This document shows positions 12,604 to 26,551 of a stretch of DNA of 64,000 nt, in pieces. The stretch's first letter is position 1, and each line of letters starts with the position of its first letter. The notes under the pieces were generated by a model. The model made no database searches. It saw nothing but the letters and a program-made list of their open reading frames with translations, and was not told where the DNA came from. Made by a program: the position numbers and the translations under genes. Source of the DNA: Paraspadella gotoi. Its lineage: Eukaryota > Animalia > Chaetognatha. The stretch is taken from positions 7,978,683 to 8,042,682 of the forward strand of contig CM119267.1 in assembly GCA_051294375.1 (NCBI GenBank). The letters are read 5' to 3'.

Positions 12604-13917
12604 AAAAAAAAATGGGAGCGGTCAGGTAGAGAAAAAATTATTAACTTTGGAGTCGAAGAGGAAAGAAAAAAAACTGATTTTTCGTTTGAGTTTGAGTTTG
12701 TTTTTTCTCTGGGCCCAGAACTCGGGCCGGGCTGAGAAAAACCCTCCGGGGGCGTTTTTGTCACCCAAGATAGAAGAGGGGAAAGAAGAGAGGAGTATGT
12801 AAGGATTTTTTAAGGGGTCGACCCCCGTTTTCCACGCACCCCTGTGCACCCGAGTCTAAACAGGGATTAGACTCCTAGTTAGTTTGAAGTTTGGAAATAT
12901 CTTTGTTACAATGCGATTATATGATGTGCTGCGTGGTGCTGCGTTGCTATGAATTCCTCGTAGCAGTGTTTCGTTGTGCATGGACCTGTTTTACGTTGAG
13001 TTGTTATGTGTTGCCATGTTGTGCATGCCACCGAGGAATCAAGGGTGACAAAACTTGCACGAAACACCGTGAGGTGACCGTTTGGTTGTAGCAGGGAAGC
13101 GGGCTCATTAATAAGCTCATTAGAAAAGCAGACGATCCCTTTAGATCTATTTCTGAGAGTCTCTTCAAAAGTCCCAGATTTTAAGCCGCAGTTGACGGGT
13201 AAAGATATGAGATGTGAGCGCTATTGATGAAGTTAATTTACGATCCGGGAGGCGGGATAGGAGGGGCTTTGAGTTTGAGGCAGTTTTTTGGCGAATAATC
13301 TCCCTCAGATTTGCCAACAGAAACATTCATCCCGAAATATTTAAGAAGAAATGAATTTAAAAAGAAATAAAAGAAGAAAAAATGTGATTGATACGAAATT
13401 AAAAAAAAAAAAGTACGAAAACGATATAATCTTCTGTCTGAGATCGCTGAGATTGAGCCAAACATAACACGGATCGATCCCCATCGCCAAAATAGAGTAC
13501 AATAAATTTGGCCAATAAAACACGTTCCTCTTATTTTCTTATTGCGTCTTCATTTTTTGTAAATAAATTTATTTCGTGTCCCGTAAAGTTTTATCTGCGA
13601 AATATAAAACTATGGTTAGTTTTCCGAAGTTTAAATCCATCTCTCACTCAACGTTTTTTTTCTTTTTTTCGTACGATTCCACCTCTTGTCTCTCGATCTC
13701 TGTCGTCTCTCTCTTTCGCTGTCTCCTCTTGGAATTTTTTCCCTTTTTTTTTCTCCAAATAGTTTTTTTCTTTCTTTTAATCCCCGCTTCCTTCTTCTTC
13801 CCTCCTTCCCCGCGGCTAAAGTTCGACCTTTTGCCAAAATCCATCCGATCCACATCCCACTTCCGCCCGACGTGGCCTCCGTCCTCAAACAACGGCACGC
13901 CCTCGCCGGGAATGAGG

Positions 13918-13966
<49 letters not shown>

Positions 13967-14322
13967 TCCCCCAAGAAAAAAATGTAAGGTGAAGCTTCTA
14001 GAAAGTGATGTACTGTGGCAACACATTGTGAATTGTCACCGTATTAACAAAAGAAGTAACAATATGATCGCTTGCGGTTAGTTTATATACGCATAAATAA
14101 GAACCCCATACTTTTCTTCCATATTTCCCAGTAGCTGGGGTGGGTGTCAGCTAATGATCCAAATCAAGGAGATCGCTTCGTTGGAAAGAGTGTGACAGCG
14201 ATGTCATGTATATCTGAAAGTTTACAAAGCCTTTTACTCCAAGTTGATAGAAAAATTAAACGGAAGATTAATTTGTGTCCGATTGGGATGTAACATTAGT
14301 TCGATAACAAAAAATACTGAAA

Positions 14323-14373
<51 letters not shown>

Positions 14374-17064
14374 TCCCTCTCGCTCTTCGTCTTGATAGTT
14401 TTCCGATGTCAAGCCTCTCGTTGACTCGAAAAAAGTAATAAATCCTGTCTTCTCTCTGACGCTAACGACTCGAGGCGGGAATCCGGTCTCCCGGGCAGTC
14501 GGGCCGAGGCCGTGCCCGGAGGGCTGGCATCCACATCTTAGGAGGGATTTACTCTACGGGTCGGTGGGGTCGTGTTGGGTGAGGTTAAAAGCTCCGGGAG
14601 CGCCGCTCGTAGAAGTTCTCGATCCGCGGCGTAATTTTAATTAGAGATTTTGCAGCTTGATCGGGTCGTTCGGCCTCTTGTTCCTCATTGTCCTTCTCTC
14701 TCTCGCTCATTCTCCTTCAGGCTCTCTCCCCCGAGTTGCCCGTCCGCGGATGGTCTTTTGTTCAGCGTCGACGAAGTAATCGGATACTTCCTTCGAAAAA
14801 TGCGTCATTTCATTAAAAAAAAAAAACTCGTCTGCGACCTTTTCTTTGTGTACATTACGCGAACCAGCAATCGCCATTTTAAAGCCCATATGTTCTGTCG
14901 ACAGCAACGGGATAGGGTCAACGCTCGGTCGCCCTGCCCCTGTCCGGCCCAGGATTCGACAAGCATTCTCCACTGAAACAAAAACCGGCCACCGAGATTG
15001 CCATGCCGGGCTTGGGTCCCAAACGGTCACTCTCAGGGGTTAGAGATCGTAAAGGGCTTTAAAAAGCCTCGGCCTTGTATTACTTTGTTACAGTTTATTG
15101 TGTCATCTATTGCCGCTTCGCCGACGTTCTTCAAACCGGGCGGTTTTATCACCTGATAGTATGATGAAGTTTATGACTGAAACGAATGATAAAAAAAAAC
15201 TACTACAATAACAATGTCAGAGTCAAATTCCATCGTTAAATGTTACCTCGTTTCCCGGTTAATTCCAACGCCCTCTCTTTCTCTCGGTCGCGCGGGATCC
15301 GCCTGACGCAGACCGTAATCGTCAAGGGCGTCGACCCGCGGGCGAATCCCAGTATTTCCCCTCGCGTTTTACGATGACCCCGATTTGGGCGACGACGACG
15401 ACGACGACGACAAACAATGACAATAACGGCAACAAACGGCAACGACTAATGACGACGACTAGGAAGAGTTAGACGGTCGCGCCCCCAAACTCGGAGAGTG
15501 AAACTCGCTCCTCATAAATTTCCTTTTTTTTTATGGCGCGAATCTGACGGGCGATGATTTGTGTCGGTGAATCGCGGTTGCTGCGATAACAGATGACTGA
15601 AAATTGACGTTTTTGTTTTGTAGGGTTATTAAAATGTTTCTGACTTAGTCTTAGGATAGTTTTTTGATTTTAAAAAAATCAAATTTTTAATCGTATAGCA
15701 TTCAAATCAAAATATTGAGCACCTTATAGTTAAAAATTTACTTGAAAACATTAAAATATAGGACTTAAATTCGTGCGGCCGTATTCCTCGTCCCGAACAG
15801 GATCTTTAAGTATTTTCAGGGGCGATGCCAATGCATCCCTAAAAGTATCATCCTAGAATTTTTATTGGTGGCTTCGTGCAAATAAATCTTTTAAATTTCA
15901 TGGCATAATTGTTCAACTCAAATTATTATAGAATCCTCGCCGTATTATTTGAGCAACAACAATTTATGAAGAACGCAATAGAAATAAATTAACTAAGATA
16001 TGAAGAATCTCATTACGAGAGAAAGACAGAAGAAATACACTTCTTTAAAAATAGTTATGTTTCCTAAATGTACTTATCAAATATAGATTCTCTCCCTTGA
16101 CCCCATTAATTTTTATTATTTGTAAATCTTCAGCGAGATTTCTATTACCATTTTTAAGCTAATTTTTTTTTCCCCACCTGCCACTTCAAATTTATGTACC
16201 CTTATTATTTTTTTCAAGGCGGTTTCTATGCAATCAAGCTTTCAGTATATAAATTCTAAAACGGGTTTCGGTCCTGGGATAATCAAATACCGCTCTTTGA
16301 TGTACGCGTGTACTGTACACTGTGTGTACACAGTGTGTGTGACTTTGTGTGTGTGAACATGCGTTTGTGTACATTTGTGTCTATGCATGAGAGCGAATGT
16401 AAGTTACTACTCGCTAAAAATGATGAAGTAAGATCAAGAGAGGAATTAAGTTTTCAAAAAGTCAATTTATGATCGAAAAAGCGGAGATTTTCGTCGGGAG
16501 ATCTTATCTCATCTGAGAATGAATTGGCGAATGATTGATTTCCCTTCTCCGTCCGCCAGGGAGTGGCTCAGGCAGAAACGCTCCTTTATTTGAGATTGTG
16601 GAGGTAAAAAAAAAAAAAAGGAGGATGTTTTGCTGAAATGAGATTATTTTTAAATTGGATGTTTTTGATGGGAGAAATGAAAAGAAAATTGGAAACCAAA
16701 AAGTTTAGGTCCCATTGTGTCAACACATTAACTCTCGCTACGCACTAAACTACATAGTACACAGTGTGTGGTACACACCTGACAACAATAAATATTTAAG
16801 AGATTGGGTTATAACCACGTTGAAGGAGGCAAGATACGTCAATATATAATATATATACGTAATTACATATACATGACACAATTGACACATATTTACACGT
16901 ACATATTCAAAATATACATACATACATAATTTCATATACAATGTATAATTACATATACATTTCCCGATATCACAACAACACCGTTTTAACGATGACGAAT
17001 CGAAGTCTTCCCAAAACGGTTATGACAACATCGCGGTGTCCAGAAAACGTCAGAGGGGAAGTGA

Positions 17065-17260
17065 GACGACGACGACAACGTGGACGACGACGACGCCGAC
17101 GACGACGACGACGATACGACGCACGACGACGCCGACGACGACGACGACGCCGACGACGGACGCCGACGACGCCGACGACGACGAACGACGACGACGACGA
17201 CGACGACGCCGACGACTAGACGCGTTCCCCTTGTTTCCGTCTGCTTTGTCTAGGACATAA

Positions 17261-17346
<86 letters not shown>

Positions 17347-17362
17347 GTCTCTCTCTCTCTCT
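17065..17362. repeat. (GAC)n tract followed by (CT)n tract
   Basis: Direct inspection. Similar (GAC/GTC)n tracts at about 454-495, 9320-9362, 10836-10870, 15389-15410, 19905-19960, 32512-32565 and 43559-43585. Confidence 0.97.
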
Positions 17363-18155
17363 TTCCGAGCCATCTCAAGTGGCGGAGTTATTATTGTTTT
17401 TTTTTTTCTCGATCTCGATTAATTATGGATTAACGATGAAATCGATCAAGCCGCCGAATGTACGTTCAGACTTTCTCGTCCGTCCGGTCCGTTCGTCCGA
17501 ACGTCTTTTTTTTTAAAAGTGCTTGATAATTGGTCTCATCTCAATCCGTTTCGCATCGATTCCGCTCAAGACTCTTCGGTGCAACTTTTTTCTTCTTCTT
17601 TTTTTTCTTTTTTGCTTTCCATTTGAGTTCCTGGGCGTGTTGTTGTTTTTTTTTTTCTGTTTTTTCAACCCGATTTTTTTGGGCGTCTAAGTGCGTCAAG
17701 GCGAGACCTTTCTTTCGATCGGAACGAAAGGCGACGTATATAACCGTTGACAAGTAAATTGAGTGAGTCTATCGGAGTCTCGCCGGGTTTCGGGAGTATC
17801 ACGAGGCTGAACCCGCCCCGTCTGGTTTTTCTTTTTCAAATGCACGGTTTACCGATTTTGATTCGAATCAAATTCCAAAATTTACTTCGAGGTAAAAATT
17901 TAAATAATTTGAGTTTTGTCAAAAACTCTTGGGTATTTCAGTATTAAGATACAGGGTCTCTTTTGATTTTCTTTTGAAGTTATGTTTCGTTTCTGAAAAG
18001 GTCCTCTTTTATATAGAAAGGGGCAACAAATTTTGAAATCGAAAAGTAAACAAATAAAAAAAAATAAAAAAATAAAAACTCTGATTCATTTCGGTCGCAT
18101 AAAATCGCTAGAGCGAATTCGGGGTGTGGTCGGTGTAAGAGAAAAAGAAAGATAT

Positions 18156-18229
<74 letters not shown>

Positions 18230-18618
18230 GAGTGACAAAGAAAGAGGGATTGAGATCCGGGTTCTTACCACAATATTTACTTCTGAAAAGGTAGGGTTCA
18301 TCGAAAAACAAATTCCCGAAGGTTAGGTTCTTTGAAAGAAAGACCCGAAAAATGTTTCCCGGTTATATCGGTTCCTAAAAATTGAAGCATCGGCCGAGGC
18401 TCGATGAATGTTGCCTCCAGAGGATCGAGGGGCGGGTCAGTAACATTAACGTCGAACGTCAAAGTTGGGATTTTTTTTTGTCGGGGATCAACTGATCAGA
18501 GTTTGAAAACTCGTCTTGACGTCAGAGGGCGAAAAAATCGCGGATGAGATTTTTTTTGGGGGTTTATCTTATGACGTTTTTGATGAGTAAGGAGAGAGAG
18601 AAAAGAGAAAGAGAAAGA

Positions 18619-18682
<64 letters not shown>

Positions 18683-19569
18683 CAAAAATTTTAAAATGTA
18701 ACTGAAACTCTATTCATTCCAACAAGACGATCGCCCGCTTGCCGAATTGACGATTTTGGATGTCCCAGGATAATTGGCGCCTTTTTCATTAAATTGACAA
18801 CGACGCGCCTTTTTTTTTACTGGCGCGATTTTTCATTGCGCGCCTTTTTTTAAAACTCGTCTCAGACATATTTTTCTTGAGTTAATGTAATAAAATGAAA
18901 ATCACTTTACAGGCGAAAACATTTTTGCAATAGGGTGTCTCTATAACGTATTTACGGTTTACAGTTAACTTCTTAACTTAAGTTGAGGACAGGGGACAGA
19001 GGACCGAGGACTGAGGATTAAGAACGCTATATTTAGATTAAAAAGAAGTGAAAATGACGAAGAATTGAAATTGAATCTGAATCACGAGTCACGAGTCACA
19101 GTCATCGATGATTCACAGATTAAAAATAAAATAAAAGGGAAATTCTCAAATACAGGATTCGTCAAGCGCTATATTTGTCATCGAAATTTAGTATCGTGGT
19201 AAATTTTTAAAAGAAATTGAGAAAAGGTTAATTTTCAGAGGTATTTTATACGTTTCGTATTAAATTAATCTAAATGTTTCAGAGAGTTTAGCCAGTTTAT
19301 TTCGGAAAAGACATAATTATTTAGAAACGGAGATTAAATTGAGATTAAATATTTACTGAGTTATATTTTATCACGAAAGTTATATTCGAAAAAAGAAAAA
19401 AAACCAACGACTCAGACTTTAAAAAATTAAGCGGTGCTTGGGAATGTGGGTGTGTCGTGTCTTTTCTCTTCCCTGATCCGACGCGCCTTGATCTTTCTCT
19501 CTTTCGATTCTTCTTTGTCACGCACTCTAATTTCGCCAATCGGTTTTTTATTCTTTTGCACATTTTTGA

Positions 19570-19602
19570 TTCATTCATTCATTCATTCATTCATTCATTC
19601 AT

Positions 19603-19697
<95 letters not shown>
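19570..19697. repeat. Compound (TTCA)n(TTTC)n microsatellite
   Basis: Direct inspection; noisy duplicate at about 27572-27690. Confidence 0.97.
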
Positions 19698-19929
19698 AAT
19701 TTCTATTTTATTCTTTCCTAAATTCTTTGTTTTCTTTTTTTATTTCTTTGTTTCTTTGTTTCTTTCTAATTTTTTTTCTCTCTCTCCTTTTCATCGTGAT
19801 TTCGTCTTGTCTATCTGGTCTTCCCTTCTCGTCTGGCAACCTGTTATTAGAGAGTACAAGAAGCCTGACTTTTTAAACTCATTTTTGAAGCGGTCGTCAT
19901 CTTTGTCGTCGTTGTCGTCGTCATCTTCA

Positions 19930-19960
<31 letters not shown>

Positions 19961-20020
19961 CAAACAGGTTTTCCACATCGACGACTTCCGACTCAACGTC
20001 ACACCCAAAGTTATGCTTGA

Positions 20021-20076
<56 letters not shown>

Positions 20077-20208
20077 CTCTCTCCTCATCTCTTCGTCTCT
20101 TCTTTGCCCTGTTGCTGATCAAGTACGGAAAAGCCAATGCCTTTTTTTCAAGTCTCCGCAGGCCCTCGGACACGACCACGTGAACGGGACCCTGATCCGA
20201 TTATGTAC

Positions 20209-20313
<105 letters not shown>

Positions 20314-20939
20314 ACACTCCCGAAGAGTTTTTTTTCTTTCTGAAATAAACTACGCAACGATTGTACCTCGGTAAAAAACCGGGGGTGAGTTTCGTTAAGG
20401 CGTTCCGGTTTTTTGCTTTCCCTCCGATTCGAAGGCGTTGTTCCTTTGTTTCTTTTTTCCCTTTGTTTAAAAGTGGGTGGGGACGAATAGTATTGTCTTA
20501 GGATGAACTTCAAATTAAGCTTTTCATTTGAAAGTATAATTTAATCAAATGCGTTCTCGTTCCTAAATCATTTGTTTTAAGCGCATACCACTCATTATTC
20601 GAAGTGAACAAGGGTCATATAAAAACCCAAAGCTGAGTTCAGTAATATCTCTTTAAATACAATAAAGCAATCTAAGAACATGTCATACGATATTTAAAAG
20701 CTTTCTAGTTCTTTAAATGTATTCCTTTCTTGCCGATGATAAATTATTCATTAACATAACTCAGAAAGAAACTGTGTCTTTGTTTGAGCTTCGTGGTTTA
20801 CGTTATTCTTTCTCCCCCCCCCCTCCCAAAAAAAAAGCTCGAACCCGCCCTAGCGCGGTTTCATGGTTTTAAAAATCCTTCCGTGTTATTGTAATTATTT
20901 TAACTGCATGATAAATTAGCTCGCTGGGAGAGAGAATTT

Positions 20940-21010
<71 letters not shown>

Positions 21011-21149
21011 TCTCTTCTCTCTCTCTCTCTCTCTTCTCTCTTTGTCTCTCCACAAGTCGTAGCAAATTAAATTTAAAAAAAAAAAAGTTCCCCTCGAATT
21101 GACTCCAAGATTCGCTGTCGTCGGATCCAAAAAATTAATTCTTAATTAA

Positions 21150-21505
21150 AGGGATTGTGGGGGTTTGATGTGGCTGTTTTGCGGGATACCGTTATTGGGC
21201 GTGGCTTTATCTGGTTAGTTGTGGTGGCGTGGCGTGGATGTGGAGGCGTGCTAAGATGAACTTATATGTGGTTATGAAGTTTGGCAAGATGTGGTTAAAT
21301 TGGTTAGAAGGCGTGGTGATGTTGTTATTTGATGTGGACTTTGGAGTTTTTTTTTGGCAAGACGTTTTGTAGTTTTTGAGCTTGGCAAGAGTGGTTATAA
21401 GGAGTGGCAAGATATGCTAATAAGGTTTGAAAAGATGTGGTAGTGAGGCGTGGCTTGAAGTAAATATTTAGCATAGTGACTGGTGAGAGGTGATAAGTCG
21501 TGGCT
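21150..21505 (+). repeat. Degenerate G/T-rich repeat with recurrent GGCGTGG/GATGTGG motifs
   Basis: GGCGTGG(C/T) near 21198, 21226, 21310 and 21447; GATGTGG near 21167, 21237, 21288, 21331 and 21434. Duplicated at about 29190-29528. Confidence 0.6.
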
Positions 21506-21737
21506 TTATAACGCTATAAGAAGTGATGTAGTATAGTTTCTGGTTGTGTCATGAATCATAATGAAATATACTGCAATCTTAGCAACATCAAACGGACTTT
21601 AAACCGCCTGTCCTCGAATGTCGGCGCCAAAAGTCACAATAAACCCGATCAGGAAAACTGGTTCCTCTTCTATCACGGCGCGAGAAGTGGCGTCCCCCTT
21701 AATTAGGCGTGTCGATAAGCCTCCACTAATCATAGGG

Positions 21738-21812
<75 letters not shown>

Positions 21813-22648
21813 CCACACCAATCTCTTCTCTCTCCATCTCCCCCTGCGCCATAAAATCTCATTCCAGTTCCAGAAAGAGCGGAAGAAGAGCGGACAATCC
21901 TTCGAGTGGTTTTTTTTTTCTTATTTAATTTTTTCAAAAATTTTCTCTCGACGTTTTGTGTCAGAACAAAAATCAAAAGCGCATTTTTTTTTTTTTGAGT
22001 GAAAAAGAAAAATTACACATTGAGAAATTTGTTTTTCTTTTTTCAAATTGGAAAAAACATGACAAAAAAGTAATTGGGTCATTTTTCTTTCATTCTTACA
22101 TATTCTCCTCTCCTTGGGCCGACCCTCGAGAGTTTTTGTTACGTCTGACGACGGAAAAATAAAAACACCAAACAGGAAAGGTTTACTTTTTCGCTCTGAG
22201 CGACTTCCTGTTGCACGGGTTCGCGGCGCGAAGTTAATCGTGAAAATGTTGCAAAAACAAAATATTTTCTCGGGCTGGGCAGAGTAGAGCGCTAAGTCTC
22301 ACATCCAATCTTGCGCAAAAAATAAGTGTCAAAATCGTTTAAAGGTGGTAGTGGTGATTTTCATAAGCTATCTAGTATTATTTCGTTTGAAATAACAAAA
22401 ACTAGTAGTAATAGTAGTATCACTCCCAGAAAAAGACAACCAGAGTTCATTTCTTTGGAAATAATTCCAAAACCCCACTTTCTCCATTACCTCACCCTCC
22501 ATAAATCCCAAAGAGGAAAGTTTGAGATACAACCGCTCACCGATCGCCCTTGTTTATTCTTCTTATCTTCGTCGTCCTCTTGTTCACTTTATTCCTTTCC
22601 TCATCTCATCACTTCACTTCTCCTTCGATCCCCTCCCTTCATTCTCGA

Positions 22649-22684
<36 letters not shown>

Positions 22685-23764
22685 CCGGGCATGAACCCGC
22701 CCCGTCTGGTTTTCTTTTTTCAAATGCACCGGTTTACCGATTTTTGATTCGAATCAAATTCCAAATTTACTTCGAGGGTAAAAATTTAATAATTTGAGTT
22801 TTGTCAAAAAACTCTTGGGTAATTTCAGTATAAGATACAGGGCTCTTTTGATTCTTTTGAATATGTTTCGTTTCTTGAAAAGGTCCTCTTATTATATAGG
22901 AAAGGGGCAACAAATTTTGAAATTTCGAAAGTAACAAATAAAAAAAATAAAAAATAAAAACTCTGATTCATTTCGGTCGCATAAATCGCTAGAGCGAATT
23001 CGGTGGTTGTGGTCGGTTGAAAAGAGAAAAAGATAAAGAATGAGGAGAGAGAGGAGAGAGAGAGACGAGATGAGAAGAGAGAAGAGAGAGAGAGAGAGAG
23101 AGAGATGAGAGAGATGAGGAGAGAGCCCCGTAGTTCCAAGTGACAAGGAAATAGGGGATTGAGATCCGGGGTTCTTACCACAATATTACTTCTGAAAAGG
23201 GTAGGGTTCATCGAAAACAAATTCCCTCCGAAGGTAGGTTCTTTGAAAGAAAGACCGAAAAATGTTTCCGGTTTATATCGGTTCTTAAAAATTGAAAGCA
23301 TCGGAGAGGCTCGATGAATGTTGCCTCCAGAGGATCGAGGGCGGGTCCAGTAACAATTAACGGTCGAACGTCAAGTTGGCGATTTTTTTTTGTCGCGGGA
23401 TCAACTAGTCAGAGTTGAAAACTCGTCTTGAGTCAGAGGGGCGAAAAAATCGGCGCGATGAGATTTTTTGGGGGGTTTATCTTATGCACGTTTTTAGATC
23501 GGATCTGCTTATCAGCATATCCCGACTCTATAACTCCTTTTTATAAACTCACTTTTCGGGTCCGTCGCCGTCGCCCCCTCAATATGTTCTGGGCACACAA
23601 CTTTATATCATGTCAGAACATCGAATTATGATTTAAATTATGCAAAAAAAATGATGTCCGTCCGTCCGTCTGTCTGTCGTCCGTCCGTCCGTCCGTCCCA
23701 CCTTAGGCAAAAAACACAATTACTAAAGCACCCCTCGTCGTGATATGGATGGATGCGATTTAAT

Positions 23765-24645
23765 GAAATTTTGTATGGATAGGTCCAAGTGTGTGATGAG
23801 ACTGGATATTAAGTTTCGATGGAATCGCCGAGTTGGAAATGAGTTTAAATTGGAAAAAAACAAAAAAATATATTCACTATTTGAACACCAATTGCTCATG
23901 AGTGGATGGGCTGATTGACCTGGACATTTTTTTATGTGGGTAGGAAAGTGTGTGATTGCAACAGGAAATCCAAGTTTCGATGGAATAGTTTGAGTTGGAA
24001 ATGAGTTTAAATGGAAAAAAACAAAAAAACCTTTTTACTAATTGATTATGCTTCTTTTTCCTTTTATATTAAATGTATTCTGCAGGATGTATTAATAAAT
24101 CTAATAATTATTCAGTTAATTAATCAATTAGTAAATTAAATTAATCAATAATTATTAATTAGTCCAATTCAATCCGTTCCATCCGTCCCATCTTAGCAAA
24201 AAGCTCCAATAAATCGTGATTGATTTATTGGCTGGTTGATTGGAATTAAATTTTGTGTGTGGGTAGGAAGTGTGTGATAAAGCTGGATATAAAATTTCGA
24301 TGGGAATCGTGTGAGTGGAAATTAGTTTAAATGAAAAAAACATAAGTCGATTTTACTAAAATCTTTTTATTATTCCTTAACATAAATACTCCATAATCAT
24401 AATTGGTATGGATAGATATTGAATTTTGTGTGTGGGTAGGAACGTTATGACGAAGCTTGATAAATAAGTTTCAGTGGAAACGTACCAGTGGAAATGAGTT
24501 TAAATGAAAAAATATGAGTCACATTTACTGGAATCTTTTATATTATTTTAACCCATGATAGATTGAGATGAATTTTGTGAGCCGCGTAGGAAAGTGAGTG
24601 AAGAAGCTAGATATTTAAGTTTTGACGGAATGCAATTGAAAAAAA
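23765..24645 (+). repeat. Central tandem repeats (~160-bp period) of the HINE-like element
   Basis: Core AAGTTTCGATGGAA...GGAAATGAGTTTAAAT recurs near 23811, 23972, 24293, 24466 and 24617. CCGTCCCAYCTTAG recurs near 23693 and 24183, suggesting a higher-order ~490-bp duplication. Confidence 0.8.
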
Positions 24646-25047
24646 TGATCAAGTTTGAAAAAATGATGCAAGTTAAAAAATCTTAAAAGCCATAGGATCG
24701 TTCGCTACTTGCATAAAAGAGAGAGAGAGAGAGAGAGAATGAGAGGGAGAGTGAGGGAGGAGAACGAGGATGAGGGAGGTGAGGAGAGAAAGAGACGGAC
24801 AGTTGAAGGAGAGAGAAGGGGAGAGAAGGATGACATAAATAAAAAAATCTTAAAAGACTCAAAGATCGCCAGAGCCCACATATCATAGAAAATTAATGAA
24901 AAACCGGGAAAAAAACGAATGAATCATGCGATAACGAATTGTTGATTACTAGTAATTGATTTGAGGTCTAATACTAATTGATTGAGTGTAATAGTAATTT
25001 TGAGTGTAAAGGAATTGATTATTTATTCGATGATAATCAATTTTGAT

Positions 25048-25152
25048 GCGATGTAGTCATTCACTGCTGTGATGATAGTCATTCAGTGATGCTACGATGA
25101 TTGTCATTCATTGATGCGATGATTGTCATTCATTGATGCCGATGATAGTCAA
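25048..25152 (+). repeat. ~22-bp minisatellite inside the HINE-like element
   Basis: About five copies of CGATGATTGTCATTCATTGATG-like units. Confidence 0.75.
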
Positions 25153-25813
25153 TTAAACAAACAAATGCGTGTATGAGTGAAAGAGAGAAGAGAGAGGACG
25201 ATAGGAGGGACGGGGAGAGAGGAGAGATGAGAAGAGACGAGAGAGAGAGAGGAGGAGAGAGAGGCAGTGGAGAGAGAGAGGGGAGGAGAAAAAGAGGAGA
25301 GAGAGAAGAAAGTAGAGAGATGGAAAGGAAGAGGAAGAGGCGGAAGAGAGAGTGGGAGGAGAGGGAGGAGATAAGAAAAGAATAAAATCACGAAATGTCG
25401 TGAAAATATGGGATTTTGTATTGAAAAAGCGCCGGAATAAATGGCAATAATAAAAAGTTTTAGAAGGAAAAAATCGAATTTTTCAAAAAAACAAACGATC
25501 ACGCAAAAGATCTGGACAGATAGGGACAGACAAACAGAGAGACAGAGAGACAGAGAGAAGAGAAGAGGAGACCAGCCGCTGCCAGAGAAAAAGAGGGAAG
25601 AGAAAAGAGCGATATTATAAAATTATTAAAAGAGAGAGAGAGAGAGGAAGCTCTACAGCCCCTTTACTCGTTAAGAATCAGCAGTACTTATGGCGCCGCA
25701 CGTAGCGTGAAGCTATTCTCTACCCAAAGGACCCGAGTTCGCGCCCTGTTCGATGGCGTCGTTTTTTACATTAGTGAACCCACATTATATCTAAAAAATT
25801 TTTTTGTTAAAAA

Positions 25814-25855
<42 letters not shown>

Positions 25856-26501
25856 AGAGAGATGAGAGAAGAGAGGAGAGAGAGAGAGAGAAGAGAGAGA
25901 TGAGAGAGAGAGAGAGAGAGAGAGAAAGAAGCTGGACATCGCTGCAGAGCCGAAACTTCGTTTTTAGGAAGAAGCAGTGCGAGAAAAAGAATGAGAGAGA
26001 GAGAGCGACATATAATTTAAAACGTTTTTTTGTTTTGTAAATAAAACATAAAACAAATTTACCAATATTGATATGAAACATGAGAATTTTAAAGATTCTT
26101 GATGGATTAGAGCCATATATGAAAATTTCAACTCCCTATATATCACACTATTCGAAGCCATGATTGCAAAAAAGCGAGACCGAAAAGCTAAACCGAAAAA
26201 AAATCGAGACAGGACGGGCTTTGCCCGCCTGGCTCGATATAGAGTGATATTTGTTTGTTTTGATAAAATGTAAACAAAACATTTAAATAACTGTCCTGAC
26301 TCAATTTTAGGACCATCGATGATGACAAGCTGGAATATAATTATGAATAATCTATTAATTAATTAATTAATTAATCTATTAATTAATTATTAATCTATTA
26401 ATTAAGTTAATTTAATTAATCAATTAATTAATTATTATCGTTAGGCAGATCCGACATTGTTTTGCTCAAATGTTGTGAGTAAGGGAGAGAGAGAAAGAGA
26501 A

Positions 26502-26551
<50 letters not shown>

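Larger units (their letters stand above)
23496..26473 (+). mobile_element. DINE-1/HINE-like non-autonomous Helentron (Helitron group), full length
   Basis: 5' subTIR TCGGATCTGCT (23499-23509) with adjacent inverted partner AGCATATCCCGA (23514-23525). (GTCY)n microsatellite 23656-23698. Central ~160-bp tandem repeats 23765-24645. 3' subTIR GCAGATCCGA (26445-26454) followed by terminal stem-loop ACATTG..CAAATGT (26454-26473). Inserted in a T-run with no clear TSD. The empty site GACGTTTTTGATGAGTAAGG is seen at about 18573-18592. Confidence 0.85.

Noticed and set aside
23765-24645. Spaced repeats as a CRISPR-like or ncRNA array
   Set aside because: Whole ~160-bp units are homologous and lie inside a HINE-like element, where central tandem repeats are expected.
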